From NCBI GenBank assembly GCA_965603825.1, contig CBFDEM010000036.1, positions 434,001-498,000 of the forward strand: 64,000 nt of DNA. The letters run 5' to 3'. The position numbers and the translations under genes are program-made. The DNA comes from Blepharisma stoltei ATCC 30299 (taxonomy: Eukaryota > Protista > Ciliophora). The notes beneath the pieces were generated by a model that saw only the letters and a list, made by a program, of their open reading frames with translations, had not been told where the DNA came from and made no database searches. Below, piece by piece: positions 13,010 to 25,326 of this stretch (position 1 is the stretch's first letter; every line of letters starts with the position of its first letter).

Positions 13010-13450
13010 ATGGACCCAGAAATCAGAAAGAAAGCAAACATTCTTGAAGCCAGCAGAAAGTCATACTTTGACAAAATGAACATCCTTGATGATGATATGG
13101 AGGTTTTGCTCAGTGAATTCGACCAAATTGAAGAGGAATGCTACTCAAGAAAGAATGAGAAATGCTTAAATTTGATAGATAACTACTGGATGTCCCTAAA
13201 GCAGTATGATAGAGAAGAATTCAAAGAGAATCGTATTAATAAAAGTAAATGTGATGATAAAGTCCCTTTGCACATGAAGATGCCGTCAGATAAAGATGGA
13301 ATTATCAGATCTAAGAATCAATATGATGTTTGGAGCGCCCATTGGGAATGTGCAACACCCCATCGTGACATAGCAGAAAAGTTCGCACTTAGGAGGGTGA
13401 ATTTCTTAAAGCAAGCCAACTTAAACCTAAAAAATCAATTTCTTTCTTAA
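13010..13450 (+). CDS. Hypothetical small helical protein with spaced Cys
   Basis: ATG at 13010 to TAA, 146 aa. Confidence 0.65.
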   Translation: MDPEIRKKANILEASRKSYFDKMNILDDDMEVLLSEFDQIEEECYSRKNEKCLNLIDNYWMSLKQYDREEFKENRINKSKCDDKVPLHMKMPSDKDGIIRSKNQYDVWSAHWECATPHRDIAEKFALRRVNFLKQANLNLKNQFLS

Positions 13451-13542
13451 ATTTAGTGAAACATTCCAATTCTTAAATTTATTGATAGGAATATAAGCAT
13501 AAAAAGAGCTTAGTGGATTTAATTTTGTTTATAAAAATAATT

Positions 13543-14505
13543 ATGTCACTTATATGGCAAGAGTTTCCTGCTGATTTCTACAAGGTAATTAGAGAGAAAT
13601 CCTTTACAAATGTAGTGACCCTCTGCTTTGTGTCTCCTGCAATAGAAGCTTGCCAAAATGTTCTCCATTGCTTTGAAGAGCTCATAAAAATTCACTCCTC
13701 CTTGATTGTATCAATTGTTGATGTCGACAATCCTGCAATGAATGAAGTTAAAGAGCTATATCAAGTACAACGCGTTCCAACAATAGCAGGGATTGTTGGC
13801 TTTAAACTGTTAGAAAGACTTGAAAGCGCTGATATTCCTGTGATTGTCTCAAAAATCATGGATTGATGTGAAAATCATAATAAGTTAATTGAACAAGTCA
13901 AAGAAGAGAACTTCGCAAAAATAAGAGAAATCCTGCAGAAGCCAGGAATGACAATTTTCATTAAAGGAACACCTCAGCAACCAAGATGCAAGTTTACAAG
14001 AAAGCTATTGGAACTTATAAAAGGCTATGAATTTAGCCATTTTGATATTCTGTCTGATGACTCAATTAGGGAGTATCTAAAAATTTACTCAAAATGGCCA
14101 ACTTACCCTCAAGTGTATGTAAACGGCGAATTTATTGGAGGAGTCGACATCGTTGAAAGCTTGACTAAAACTGGAGAGTTTATAAACTCATCAGGGCAAA
14201 ATATCAATGATCGGCTTAAAAGACTAGCAAGCATCGATAAAATTGTGCTGTTTATGAAAGGAGTGCCCGAGAACCCATTTTGTGGCTTTAGCGAGGCGAT
14301 GGTCCAGCTGCTTGCCAAGTACGATGTGAAATATACATCATTTGATATTTTTAGCGATCCATCAGTTAGAGAAGGTCTCAAAGTCTTTTCAAATTGGCCA
14401 ACTTATCCTCAGTTATACATAGATGGAAATCTCATCGGTGGAATTGATATTGCAAGACAAATGGATGAAAGCGGCGAATTAGAGCCGATCTTAAAAGCTA
14501 ATTAA
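13543..14505 (+). CDS. GLRX3: Multidomain monothiol glutaredoxin (GRX3/PICOT type: Trx-like + 2 Grx domains)
   Basis: N-terminal Trx-like domain (VQRVPT) joined through TGA 13864-13866 to two Grx domains: KGTPQQPRCKFT...WPTYPQ...GGVD and KGVPENPFCGFS...WPTYPQ...GGID. Confidence 0.9.
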
Positions 14506-14534
14506 TTTCAATTTACAAATGGTTATTTAATATT

Positions 14535-15827
14535 ATGGTTCAAAGATCGCAAGAATATAACCATCTTATAAGCAGATATTCAGATTATCAAGACAGTAAG
14601 CTTACAGCTCAAGATTTAAGTAATTATGCCTCCCCTTCTTATTCTAACTCTTACAATGGCTCTGAGTCAAAGTCAAAAGCATATGCTCAAGCTATGAGAA
14701 AACTTCAAGAACATATAAGGTTTCTTGAGCAGGAAAATGCTCGTTTGCTTGAAAAAGCTAACGATAGCGAAAGACGATACTTTCAAGAAAGAGAAATAAA
14801 CGAAAAAAAATATTTAGAGGAGATCAAAATCCTTTCAGAAAATTTAAAAAAATCTCAAGAAAGACTACGGGAGTTGGAGGAAGAGCACAGTGGCTGCTTC
14901 AGGAAACTGTTAACATTTGAAGATCAGGTGAAACTCAAAGAAAGCCAAATAAATCATTTAGAAATTGATGCAAAAAATACGAAAGATCAATTATTAATAG
15001 ACAATGAAAATTTAAAGCTCCGTATTGAGCATCTAAACAGACAACTAGCAAACAGCTCAGGTGATGAAGAAGCTCTGCTTGGAAAAATAGAAAAATGTGA
15101 AAGAGAAAAAGGAATGCTGCAATCTGAGATCGAAAGGCTGAATAACTGAAATCATCAACTAGAAAAGGATCTTAAGTTCGCACAAGAGAGGTCCATGAAT
15201 GAAAAACAAATTATTCAAAAGGATTTCCAAAGTGCTGAGTCAAGTCTTTTGAGTAAAAATGAAGTATTGCTTGACCAAATAAGAGAACTTGAAATAAAAA
15301 ACTTGTCAATTGGCAAAGAAAATAGCATGCACATTGACCAAATCAGATTTCTTCAAAGAGAAATTGAAGATTTGAGGAGTAGCAGATCGTTAACTGCGAG
15401 AAATGTAAGTCCTAAGCCCAGAGTAACATCTACAGTCACTCCTAAAAAGCCTGCTTTAAGGACGAAATCTGCAATTAAGGGAAAAGATCTAAGCCATTCT
15501 CTTTCATCTTCAACTTTCAGGGCTAACCGGCATATAAATCTAGGTTGCTTCAAAAGAGACACATCTAAAGAAAGCATAAGGTCTGGCTCTCATTCTAGAT
15601 CTGTCAGTCCAAAACCGAATTCTGACAATGATTTGCCAAGACGAATAAGTAGGCTAGAAAGGGAGCTGCAGGATCTAAATAAAGACTATAGGCATTTACT
15701 TCATATGTCCAATAGTGAATCCAGCAACTTCGGAAACTTAAAAAATGAAATCAGCAGTATCGCCTTAGAAATGGAAAGAAAAGGAGACGAGCTATATCAG
15801 CTGAAAAAGAAAAACCAAGGCTATTAA
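14535..15827 (+). CDS. CEP57/translokin-like centrosomal coiled-coil protein
   Basis: Joined through TGA 15147-15149. N-terminal SKAYAQAMRKLQEHIRFLEQE resembles the CEP57 centrosome-localisation motif; C-terminal LERELQDL...LEMERKGDELYQLKK resembles the CEP57 microtubule-binding domain. Confidence 0.6.
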
Positions 15828-15859
15828 CTTCAATTTAACTTTAATCATTTCTTAAAAGC

Positions 15860-16363
15860 CTATTTTAAATGAAGGGTAAGTTTTTCGCCAATGTCCATAT
15901 CTCTTACCATTTTACAGAACTCAGGGTAAGAAATTTTCCCATCGAAATCTTCATCAGCTCTAATTAGTGTTCTGTCAACCAGCTGCTGCAGTTGAATGTC
16001 AGTTAAATTATTTCCAACCATCATTTTTAGTACTCTAAAGAGCTCTCCGTTGGAAATAAAGCCGTCTTTGTCCATATCGTAGATCGAGAATAAGAAGCGC
16101 AGCTTATCGTCTTCTGATCCTGCTTCGGAAAGCTTGGAAAGGCCTGTAACAAACTCATAGAAAGAAATATTGCCATCTCCATTCTTATCAAACACAGAAA
16201 TTACACGCTGAACCAGTGGATTCTGAGCGAGCTCTGGAATATCGAAAAATTCATTAGGTTCGAGCATTCCACTTCCATCTATATCTAGGCGCCTGAATCT
16301 TTGCTCAAGCATTAAAAGTTCTTCTTGGCTGAAAGGAATTTCTCTTGATATTTCCACTCCCAT
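15860..16363 (-). CDS. CNB1: Calcineurin B regulatory subunit
   Basis: MG start; NPLVQRVISVFDKNGDGNISFYEF, KLRFLFSIYDMDKDGFISNGELFRVLKMMVGNNL, QLQQLVDRT; four EF-hands. Confidence 0.96.
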   Translation of the reverse strand: MGVEISREIPFSQEELLMLEQRFRRLDIDGSGMLEPNEFFDIPELAQNPLVQRVISVFDKNGDGNISFYEFVTGLSKLSEAGSEDDKLRFLFSIYDMDKDGFISNGELFRVLKMMVGNNLTDIQLQQLVDRTLIRADEDFDGKISYPEFCKMVRDMDIGEKLTLHLK

Positions 16364-16595
16364 TTTTAATTATAACTAAAGCTATTTGAAATACTGAAGC
16401 CAGTGATTATTTATTACGAATTTTATATTAATATTTGTTGAGTTAGGATTCAATGAATATGCATTTTAGCTTTGCTACTTAAGATGCGGTGAAAATGAGA
16501 AAAGAAGCTTAAGTGGCCTTCAATTTTTGCATTTGATTATTAATTGTATTTAAAAGATGAAATATGATATAATAAAATTTTTACTATAAAGAAAT

Positions 16596-17480
16596 ATGAC
16601 GAGACAAGAAGGGGATAATTGATTAGAAAGTACTGAAGTTTATACTTTTTGGGGGTATGGAAAGCTCTTAGAGAAAAGCGCAACTAAGGCTATAGTAAAA
16701 TTTTCTTGGGGCGGAATAGGATATATTGAGCCAAATTCAATCAGCAATATTGTCACAATAAAAGTGAAATGCTTTGCAAAAGTTCGAAAATTGTTATCGT
16801 TCGACTGAGACATTTCCCATAATTTCTCTAATCTATTTTCTCAGTTGAAAAATCAATATTCGCTACCTCCAGGAACAATAATCAAGCTATATTATCCAAT
16901 GGGATCTATAAAAGAAATAAAAGCTGCAGACTCTCCTTTATCCCTCAAGCTAAAATCCAATTCAACTTTCATTGCTTTGCTAAGGCAAAACTTTTATTTT
17001 AACGAAAACAAAAAAGCAAACAACATAGAAATCTCGAATAATTGTTTGACAGCTTCAAAAAAAACTGAAGAAGAATTCGAAACAGTGCTTTGCAATATAA
17101 GTTTATCATCTGAGCTTTACACATGGGAAATGACAATTGATTTAATCGTAGATGACGATGATGTATTCATAGGAGTTGCTGATGAAAACGTAGCATTATA
17201 TGGTCACCCGCCTGATGTAGGCTTATTCTGGGGAATAAGATGTAGTGGAGGCAAAAAGTTCCGTCCAGAAACTGGGATTGAAGATTATTTTGGTGAAAGT
17301 GTGCAAACTGGAGACGTTGTTGGGGTTAAGCTTGAATATAAAGGTGACCAAGGATGAATCAGTTTTCAAAAAAATGGCAAGGATTATGGAGTTGCGTATA
17401 AAAATGTCCCTATAAACGTCTATCCAGCTGTTTCATTATATTATAAGAGAGCTCAAGTGTCTTTAAATTGCAAGGCTTAA
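16596..17480 (+). CDS. SPRY/B30.2-domain protein
   Basis: ATG at 16596, three in-frame TGA, TAA at 17478. SPRY motifs YTWEMTI, VFIGVA, GDVVGVKL, ISFQKNGKDYGVAY, VYPAVSL. Confidence 0.8.
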
Positions 17481-17784
17481 AATATATTTCTCTAAGCATC
17501 GGATCTGTCTCAGACAGAATTTCAAAAGAAATAAAATTGAAAATTGTTAAAATTTTGCATTTTGAGCTAAATATATGATTTATTGTTGCAAAATAATTAT
17601 TCATAGATTAATTATTGTTTTAATTGTATTTATTTAGCTTGATAGTAGACTTAAATTCTTAGTTAAATTTATTAAGATTGCATTGATTTTATTGAAGTAA
17701 ATTGCATCGAGCTGAAGCTAAAATCCATATGATAACGATTTATATTATATTCCAAAAATATTCTTATTCTTCACTTATTTTAAG

Positions 17785-18204
17785 TTAGTCACATATTAAT
17801 GGGTTGCCAGTGATTGCTTGCTCTCTTCCCATATGAACAATATTATAATAATTGCTTTCAGAAGTTACTCCCACATCTGCATAGTATTTACATTTGACGT
17901 CTTCTTCCCATCCTCTTCTTTTGATTTTAACTGGCATGCCTCTAAAAAAAACAATCAAGGCTGGAGTTCCAATAATACCGAAACCAGAAGCAATGCTAAA
18001 TAGCTTATCTGCATCTACAATGAAAATATCTTGTTCAGAACTTTCTGCTTTTATTTTTCGGAAAATTCGAGCAGCATGGAGACTAAATGGATTTCATTTC
18101 TCAACAAAGAGGACAAATCTGGGCTTTCTGTCTTCGCAGCTGAATAGTAATTACGATTTGTTGAGCTCTGAGTTTACTTGATTCCATTCATCAAGCTGCT
18201 CCAT
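17785..18204 (-). CDS. Thioredoxin-fold protein lacking CxxC (about 129 aa, two 15-nt introns); missed by the ORF track
   Basis: After splicing it reads FVLFVEK(W)NPFS...IFIVDAD...FGIIGTPALIVFFRG, the Trx beta/cis-Pro pattern. Confidence 0.65.
17877..17891 (-). other. Probable 15-nt intron (GTAAATACTATGCAG), in frame and stop-free
   Basis: Matches the consensus of the other introns but is not required to keep the frame open. Confidence 0.6.
18140..18154 (-). other. 15-nt spliceosomal intron (GTAATTACTATTCAG)
   Basis: GT..AG with A at -6; removes an in-frame TAA. Confidence 0.85.
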
Positions 18205-18234
18205 TTTAGTTAATAAATATAAAAAGTTGAGTTT

Positions 18235-19134
18235 TTATTGCTTAGTAATAGGATATGAATAGCCTTGAGGCTGTGAATTATAATATTGAGGTTGACCAAT
18301 TGCTGGAGGTCCATTAGGATAAGCTGAATAACTTTGCGGTCCAGGAGGTGGATATTGGTATGGTTGAGGATAAATTGGCTGTCCTGCTGGGTATGCTACT
18401 TGAGGGTTATAAGGAGTAAACCCTTGCTGAGCTTGGATTGGGCTACTTATGTGAACTATCTGAGTTGTTTCAACTGCTGGAATTCCGATTGCTTCTAATC
18501 TTCTTGCATAAATTGCTCCTCTACCTACAATTATAAAGGCTATCAAAATAATCGGAAAAATTATCATCAAGAATAAAGATAAATTTGGCCCATCACTTGC
18601 ACATATAACTATCTCATTCTCACTTTGATCACTATTTTTACATTTTCCATTAAATCTTGCACTTGTAAGACCTACCCAAGATAAGAAAGCAATGTAATGA
18701 AGTAAGCAGGCGCTTGATGAGCAGCAAAATGATAGCCAAAAGCAATTAACGCTAAAAATAAAGCATACCAATATTATAGCTCACACAACTATACAGATAA
18801 GCGAAATAACTTCAAATAAAATATAAACTGCTGCCCCACTATTTAAGTCAGTAATAAAATCGCATAAAACATTATTAGTATCAGTGCATTCAGAATTGTC
18901 ATCACAAATATCATCCTTTAGATCAGTATATGAAGATTCTTTAATGCAATAGATTTCACTATCTGTAACTGCTACAAGTGAGCCTTCGAAAGAGTATGTT
19001 GTTTTCGTTTCAACCCATTGCTGGGTTCCTAAAGTACCTATAATGCATGAAAATAGCAGAGCCTGAAGAATAAAAAATACAGTTCATAGTAATTTATGAT
19101 CGACCCCATATACCTTGAGCTTCAAGATGCCCAT
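18235..19134 (-). CDS. Four-TM claudin/tetraspan-like membrane protein with P/Q/Y-rich tail, paralog A
   Basis: ATG at 19134 (MGILKLKVYGVDHK), two in-frame TGA, four hydrophobic segments, Cys-containing first loop. Confidence 0.75.
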
Positions 19135-19420
19135 AAGATAATATTATAGATTGATTAAATTAAATTTTACTTTAAAGATGAATTTAAGTTATTTAGCATT
19201 CTGCTCTATAGTTTTATAAAGTTGTCTATTAAGATAATTATTTATTTTCAAATTAAGCTATTATTTATATGACAATAAATAGATTGATTGAAACAAAAAT
19301 AATATTTTCAAAATATATTTTACAAATAACCTGCTAAAACTATTTGCGTTACATATTTTATGTCCTTTTTATGTATTAATTGAAATCCAAATAAGTAATT
19401 AATACTGTTTTATTATTAAA

Positions 19421-20374
19421 TTATTTTTTATCATAAGATGGACCAAAATTTTGCGATTCTACTTGATTTGTACGAAGAGGAGCATTTTGATATGCATCAT
19501 AAAAGAGAGGCTGAGCCACTAGTGGCGAGAAAAAGCCTTGTGATTGTCCGCTATAATTTTCCCGTGCATTAGGAGGATATTGGTAAGGCTGAGGAATAAT
19601 CGGCTGCCCTGCTGGGTATACTGTTGGCACTCCTTGACTATAAGGAGCATATCCAGGCTGAACAAACATTTGCACTTGATTTGAGTTATTTATTTCACTC
19701 ACTCCAATTACTCGACCCCTGATAGCTTCTAATCTCTTTACACGAATTGTTTTTGAACCTATGATGATAAAAGCTATCAAAATAATAGGAAACACTACAA
19801 CCAAAAATAAGGATAGACTAGGTCCATCTTTTGCACATAATGCTGGAGCTTCATCGCTATTTCGAATATCACTATCACAGTCTCCATTAAAATTTGTATT
19901 TGATCAGCCCATCCAAGATAAAAATGCTATATAATGAAAAATGCATGAAGTCGAAGAGCAGCAAAATGATATAGCAAAGCAGTTGATGCTACAAATAAAG
20001 CAGACTAATATTATAGCTCATATAATAGTGCAAATTATGGCAATAATTTCTAATACAACATACAACGATCCGCAATTGTCTAGATTTTTGAACATTTCGC
20101 AATAGGCATCGTTAGTATCTTGGCATTTACTTTTATAAACACAAAAATCAGATCGAAGATCGTTATACGAAGATTTACTAATACAGTCTATATCACTATC
20201 TGTAACTCATGTCAGGTCTCCCTTTCAAGTGGCGTGGTCGTATTTCATTTCAACTCAGTTCTTTGCTCCTAAAGTTCCAATCATGCAAGATATAAGCAAT
20301 CCTTGGAGTGCTAAGAATATAATCCAAAATATTTTATGATCAATCCCATAGACTTTGAGTCTTAAAATAGTCAT
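19421..20374 (-). CDS. Four-TM claudin/tetraspan-like membrane protein with P/Q/Y-rich tail, paralog B
   Basis: ATG at 20374 (MTILRLKVYGIDHK), five in-frame TGA; colinear with paralog A. Confidence 0.75.
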
Positions 20375-20419
20375 CTTTAATTAATATCCAAAAACTAGAA
20401 ATTAATTCGATTTTAAATT

Positions 20420-21052
20420 TTAGCCCATTAAATAAGCATTCTTGCTGCCACCGACTTTGCAATTCTCGTTAATTTCTGTTCGGCAGAAAAGAAACAGCAG
20501 TCCGCTTAGCACTCCAAAGCACAGAGCAATATACATGAATACTTCGGCTTCTTGTGTTTTTACTTCATAATCGTCATCATAGTATTTTGGTGGACTGACT
20601 GAGTAGATTTTGCTCACAAAAATGTAAAGGACAACGCTTAGGGCATAAATTGCTGGATATATAAAGTTTTCGACATCATGAATAAGCGCAAGGGTAAAGT
20701 TTTGCATGCAAGACTTGAGTATAAGACTTGCAACACTGTAAAGCCAAAATAAGTGGGCAAGAGCAGAAAAGACCACAAATAGGATTCCACCTGTTTTAAA
20801 ATCGTCTATATTGTCGCATATCTTGTCAGGTAAGTATTTCTTGTTGCATCAATGGTCTTTGAATTCTTGGAATGTTCCTGTCGCTTCTACAGTAATAGAA
20901 TATGTTGTAGTTTGAGTGGTCAGGTTAATCATTCCAATATAATAATTCTTCATAAATTTGAAGACATCTGTGAAACAAACTGTCAAAGCAAATATGAAGT
21001 ATAAGGTATCAAGGCTCAACTTGATCAAGATTTTGGTCTTTGTGGAAACCAT
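20420..21052 (-). CDS. Four-TM membrane protein, divergent member of the same superfamily, no P/Q/Y tail
   Basis: ORFs 20849..21052 and 20420..20776 join through TGA. Loop C...ICDNIDDFKTGG precedes TM2, as in paralogs A and B. Confidence 0.65.
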
Positions 21053-21789
21053 AAATGTTGAAGAAATTACAAAAATGACATTTCTTTCGTCATTATTTGA
21101 TTCAACTAGCTAAAAGAAGAGATCAGAAAAGAATAGATTTCGAATAAGATTATCTAGTGATCAATATCAAGGAGGCTTTGTAAAACAAGTGAACAAATTC
21201 AACAAAAAAAATCAAGAAATATTTTTGGGGGAAATTATTTTATTTAATGTTTTTATAAAACTAGTTAATATATTCAAGAATAATGGCTAGCAAATTTACT
21301 ATAAAATTCAATATATCCTTAAGTACAAGTAAAAAATATTACCTTTAAGATGTCTTGGCAGAATATAATTACGTGTTATTAGTTAATCCATTTTCAAATT
21401 GAAAATAAACAATAGTTATAAATTATAACCCAATAAAACTTGTTTAATAATAAAATAAAAGCAAGTCTTATTTCAAATTTCAGATTTTCTGGAGATCGTA
21501 ATATCCCTCATGAAAATTTTACCAATAGTCACTTTCAGTATCAAGTTCAAAACTTGTTCTATAAAATCATTTTTTAGCAAGTCAGGGCTGTTTTAATGTG
21601 CCCTTTGAGGATAAGAATGCATATATATAAATAAATCAACTCAAATAATTCTAAATTGTTCAAAATCAAATTCTCATTAATTTCTTTGCCAAAAATCCCA
21701 TTATAGGCCTTATTTAATAACGTAAAAATTTATTTTCTAATAGAAGGAACGTGATAAATAGGGTCGCCAGAAAGTTTATAATTATAATT

Positions 21790-22257
21790 ATGGAAGAGCA
21801 AGAAGAAAAAATATTTGTCCCGATTCCCATTCATTGGAATTCCGTTGGTCCTGGGCTAAGCCTTATTGCCCAGCTCTCCAATGAACTTCTCGCTGAAAGA
21901 GAGAAGTGTGCGCAATTATCTCAAGAACTGGAATCAGAAAAAGTAAAATATCAACAACTAGAGTCCTGCTTGTCTTCCTTCGTACCCGAAGATAAAGCAA
22001 AAATGCCTAGAATTGAGAGCTGAAACTCAATTGCAAGCACCGCTGCAGAGTTTGAAGATGAAAAACCGCTGGTTGGAATATATCCTCCGCATGTAAGAGA
22101 GCAAAAAATTTTAAAATATAAAATGAAGCTTAAAAAATACAGGCAAAAAGTGAGGATCTCAAGATCATTCAAGGGCAGGAGTGAAACTGCGAAGCAAAAA
22201 CTGAGGGTCAAAGGAAAATTCGTAAAAAGCTTTGACAATAATCTAAATGATTTGTAA
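21790..22257 (+). CDS. Coiled-coil + CCT-motif protein (155 aa)
   Basis: Reading through TGA 22021-22023 gives VGIYPPHVREQKILKYKMK...FKGRSETAKQKLRVKGKFVK, matching the CCT pattern (RY.EK...R...A..R.R.KG.F). Confidence 0.75.
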
Positions 22258-22723
22258 AACTTTAATAAAAGAGCTTTAAAATTATGTTTACTATTGAATT
22301 ACTGACTGGCCATCTTGAATTCTTTAAAAAGTCAGTCTTATGGCTAATTTTTTTTATTGTCAAAATCAGTTTTAAAACTAGCCACCTGCGGAATAATTAT
22401 TTATACTTATTACTGAAGCATAGGATCTTATTTGTATTTAATATTCAAATATATAAATTTTTGCTTTATAGCAATAATTGACAAAATTAAAGAATGAGCT
22501 GTTATATTAAAGAAGTTATGATTGGTTCAATTGCAAATAGTGACAATAAATCAAAAAAATGCCCATTGATTACCCATGAAATAAATATTTTTAAACATTT
22601 AAGCTTTTATATAAGTCTCCCATGTTCTCAATAGCTTCTAAATCCAAAACTAGATCATTCAGAAAGCAATTCTTAAATAAAATGTGAATTAAATTCAAAT
22701 ATCATTAGGCTATAAAGTAAAAC

Positions 22724-23866
22724 ATGGAGAGACCAAGCAACAGGGTATCAAAGAATAGTGTCGCTCACAATGTGTCATCCGCCTCTGTCAGAAGACGTGT
22801 AGGAGAGCTAAGTGACTCCATGAGCAGGATGAGCATTGACGAAAGAAGGGGAGGGAGTGGAAATTTCACCTATAATGCTGACAAGCAGATTGGCCAAGGT
22901 AGCTTTGGTGTTGTCTACCAAGCCACAATCGCTGAAACCGGCGAAACTGTTGCCATAAAAAAAGTCCTACAAGACCCTAGGTACAAAAATCGCGAACTCC
23001 AGATAATAAAGGAACTGACGCACCCAAATATCGTGACATTCCGCCATGCATTCTATACAAATGGTGAAAAGCCAAACGAGCTCTACCTCAACGTCGTTAT
23101 GGACTTTGTCAACGAAACAGTGTACCGGGTGACTAAGCACTACAACAGAATGAGGCAGCCAGTGCCGATTTTGCTAGTAAAGCTTTATAGTTACCAAATA
23201 ATGCGAGCACTAGCTTATATCCACGCTATGGGTGTTTGCCATAGAGATATCAAGCCTCAAAATGTGCTCGTCGATACTAACTTTCACCGTATTAAGCTTT
23301 GTGACTTTGGGTCAGCTAAGAAATTGGTCAAAGGAGAGCCTAATGTTTCTTATATATGCTCGAGATATTATAGAGCTCCTGAACTGATTTTTGGAGCTAC
23401 TGACTATACACCTGCAATTGATGTTTGGAGCGCAGGTGCTGTCGTTGGGGAACTTCTGTTAGGACAGCCTCTCTTCCCAGGTGAAAGCGGTGTTGACCAG
23501 CTTGTAGAAATCATAAAAATATTGGGCACTCCCACGAGGGAACAAATTCGTGACATGAATCCCAACTACACCGAAAATCACTTCCCTCAAATAAGGCAAC
23601 ACCCTTGGAATCGAGTCTTCAAGTCAAGAACTCCACAAGATGCCATTGACTTCGTCTCCACCTTGCTCGTTTATTCTCCGAATTTGAGACCGACAGCTTT
23701 AGAGTCCTTGCAGCATCCTTTCTTTGACCAGCTCAGAGATGAAGCTACCCGACTGCCAAACGGAGACCCACTTCCTCCTCTTTTTAACTGGACTGCGGAA
23801 GAACGAGAAAGATACAACCCAGACTTGGTCAGAGCTCTAACCCCATCGTGGTACCAGCCTTCTTAA
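22724..23866 (+). CDS. GSK3: Glycogen synthase kinase 3 / shaggy-like kinase
   Basis: [67 protein letters not shown]. Confidence 0.97.
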   Translation: MERPSNRVSKNSVAHNVSSASVRRRVGELSDSMSRMSIDERRGGSGNFTYNADKQIGQGSFGVVYQATIAETGETVAIKKVLQDPRYKNRELQIIKELTHPNIVTFRHAFYTNGEKPNELYLNVVMDFVNETVYRVTKHYNRMRQPVPILLVKLYSYQIMRALAYIHAMGVCHRDIKPQNVLVDTNFHRIKLCDFGSAKKLVKGEPNVSYICSRYYRAPELIFGATDYTPAIDVWSAGAVVGELLLGQPLFPGESGVDQLVEIIKILGTPTREQIRDMNPNYTENHFPQIRQHPWNRVFKSRTPQDAIDFVSTLLVYSPNLRPTALESLQHPFFDQLRDEATRLPNGDPLPPLFNWTAEERERYNPDLVRALTPSWYQPS

Positions 23867-23911
23867 ATTTAGTTGTTTTGTATAATTGCGTACGTTTAAC
23901 GTGATACTTAA

Positions 23912-24952
23912 ATGGATTTAAAAGTTGGTGGCAAGTTTAAATTGGGGCGTAAAATAGGCAGTGGCAGTTTTGGGGAAATATATATAGGCACAAATGTACA
24001 AACAAACGAAGAAGTCGCTATTAAGTTGGAGCCAATCCGGACACGGCACCCTCAACTTTTATATGAATCGAGAATTTACAGGATTCTGCAGGGAGGACCT
24101 GGAATACCTTTTATCCACTGATTTGGGCAGGAAGGGGATTATAATGTGATGGTTATAGATATTCTTGGCCCATCGCTAGAAGATCTGTTCAACTACTGCA
24201 ACAGGCGTTTTTCGCTAAAAACCACACTTATGCTTGCAGACCAAATGATAGCGAGAATTGAGTATCTTCACGCAAAGAACTTTTTGCATCGAGATATCAA
24301 GCCGGATAACTTTTTAATTGGCTTAGGAAGGAAAGCGAACCTTGTGTATGTAATTGATTATGGACTGGCAAAGAAGTTCAGGGATTCTAGGACAAATCAG
24401 CATATACCAATGAGGGAAGGGAAAAGCCTGACAGGCACAGCAAGGTATGCGTCCGTGAGCACTCACTTAGGCATTGAGCAGAGCAGAAGAGATGACATGG
24501 AAGGACTTGCATATGTTTTCATGTACTTTTTAAGGGGATCTTTGCCATGGCAAGGGTTAAATGCTTCAAATAAAAAACAAAAATATGAAAGGATCATGGA
24601 GGTCAAAATGCAAACGTCCACCGAAACTTTGTGCAGAAATTTTCCACCTGAATTTACAACCTATTTAAATTATTGTAAGGCTCTCGGGTTTGAAGATAGG
24701 CCAGACTATGCATACTTGAGAAGGCTTTTTAAAGATTTGTTTTTAAGAGAGCAGTTTGAATACGATTTTATTTTTGATTGGGTGCTGTTAAATTCAGTGA
24801 ATCGCAGGAATGAAAGGGATGAGAAAAAAGAAGACGAAAAAGCTTTTGTTATACAAAGAACACGAAATGAAGATGAAAAAGAAATTTTTGCACCAAGAGC
24901 AAGAAGAGAGGAACAGAAAGAATATACAGCTTCTAGAGGGAGAAATAAATAG
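23912..24952 (+). CDS. CK1: Casein kinase 1 (delta/epsilon-like)
   Basis: [24 protein letters not shown](TGA)[49 protein letters not shown]. Confidence 0.97.
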
Positions 24953-25326
24953 AGCTACGTTCGAGTTATCAATAATAAATTAAAGTATTTAAATTGAAAA
25001 ATTAATATTTGATAATATGTATGCGAATTTTATCTGCTATGCTAGTATGGTGCATAATTGTAGAGAAAGAAATGAAATTGGTTCAATAAATATATTACTT
25101 TAACTTGTCATATTATTCGATGAGAAATTGACTTAAAAATTCTGATTAAGGAAACCCCCAAATATTTTTTCAACAATTTTGTGGAGAATTTATTTTCTTA
25201 GCGAAGCTTAGTCTATATATTTCATTAATTTTCACAGACAAACAATTAATGTTTCTGAGTATTAATCTCTAATTATTTACTCATGTTTATGCAGCTGATT
25301 TGATTACACAAAAAGAGCTAATATAA

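Noticed and set aside
13864-13866. UGA as selenocysteine in the glutaredoxin or Trx-like genes
   Set aside because: The UGAs lie in a linker or at the Trp position, not at catalytic Cys positions, and UGA aligns with Trp elsewhere.
22284-22481. 65-aa ATG ORF between the CCT gene and GSK3
   Set aside because: AT-rich intergenic composition (F/L/I/K/Y-rich) with no motif; likely spurious.
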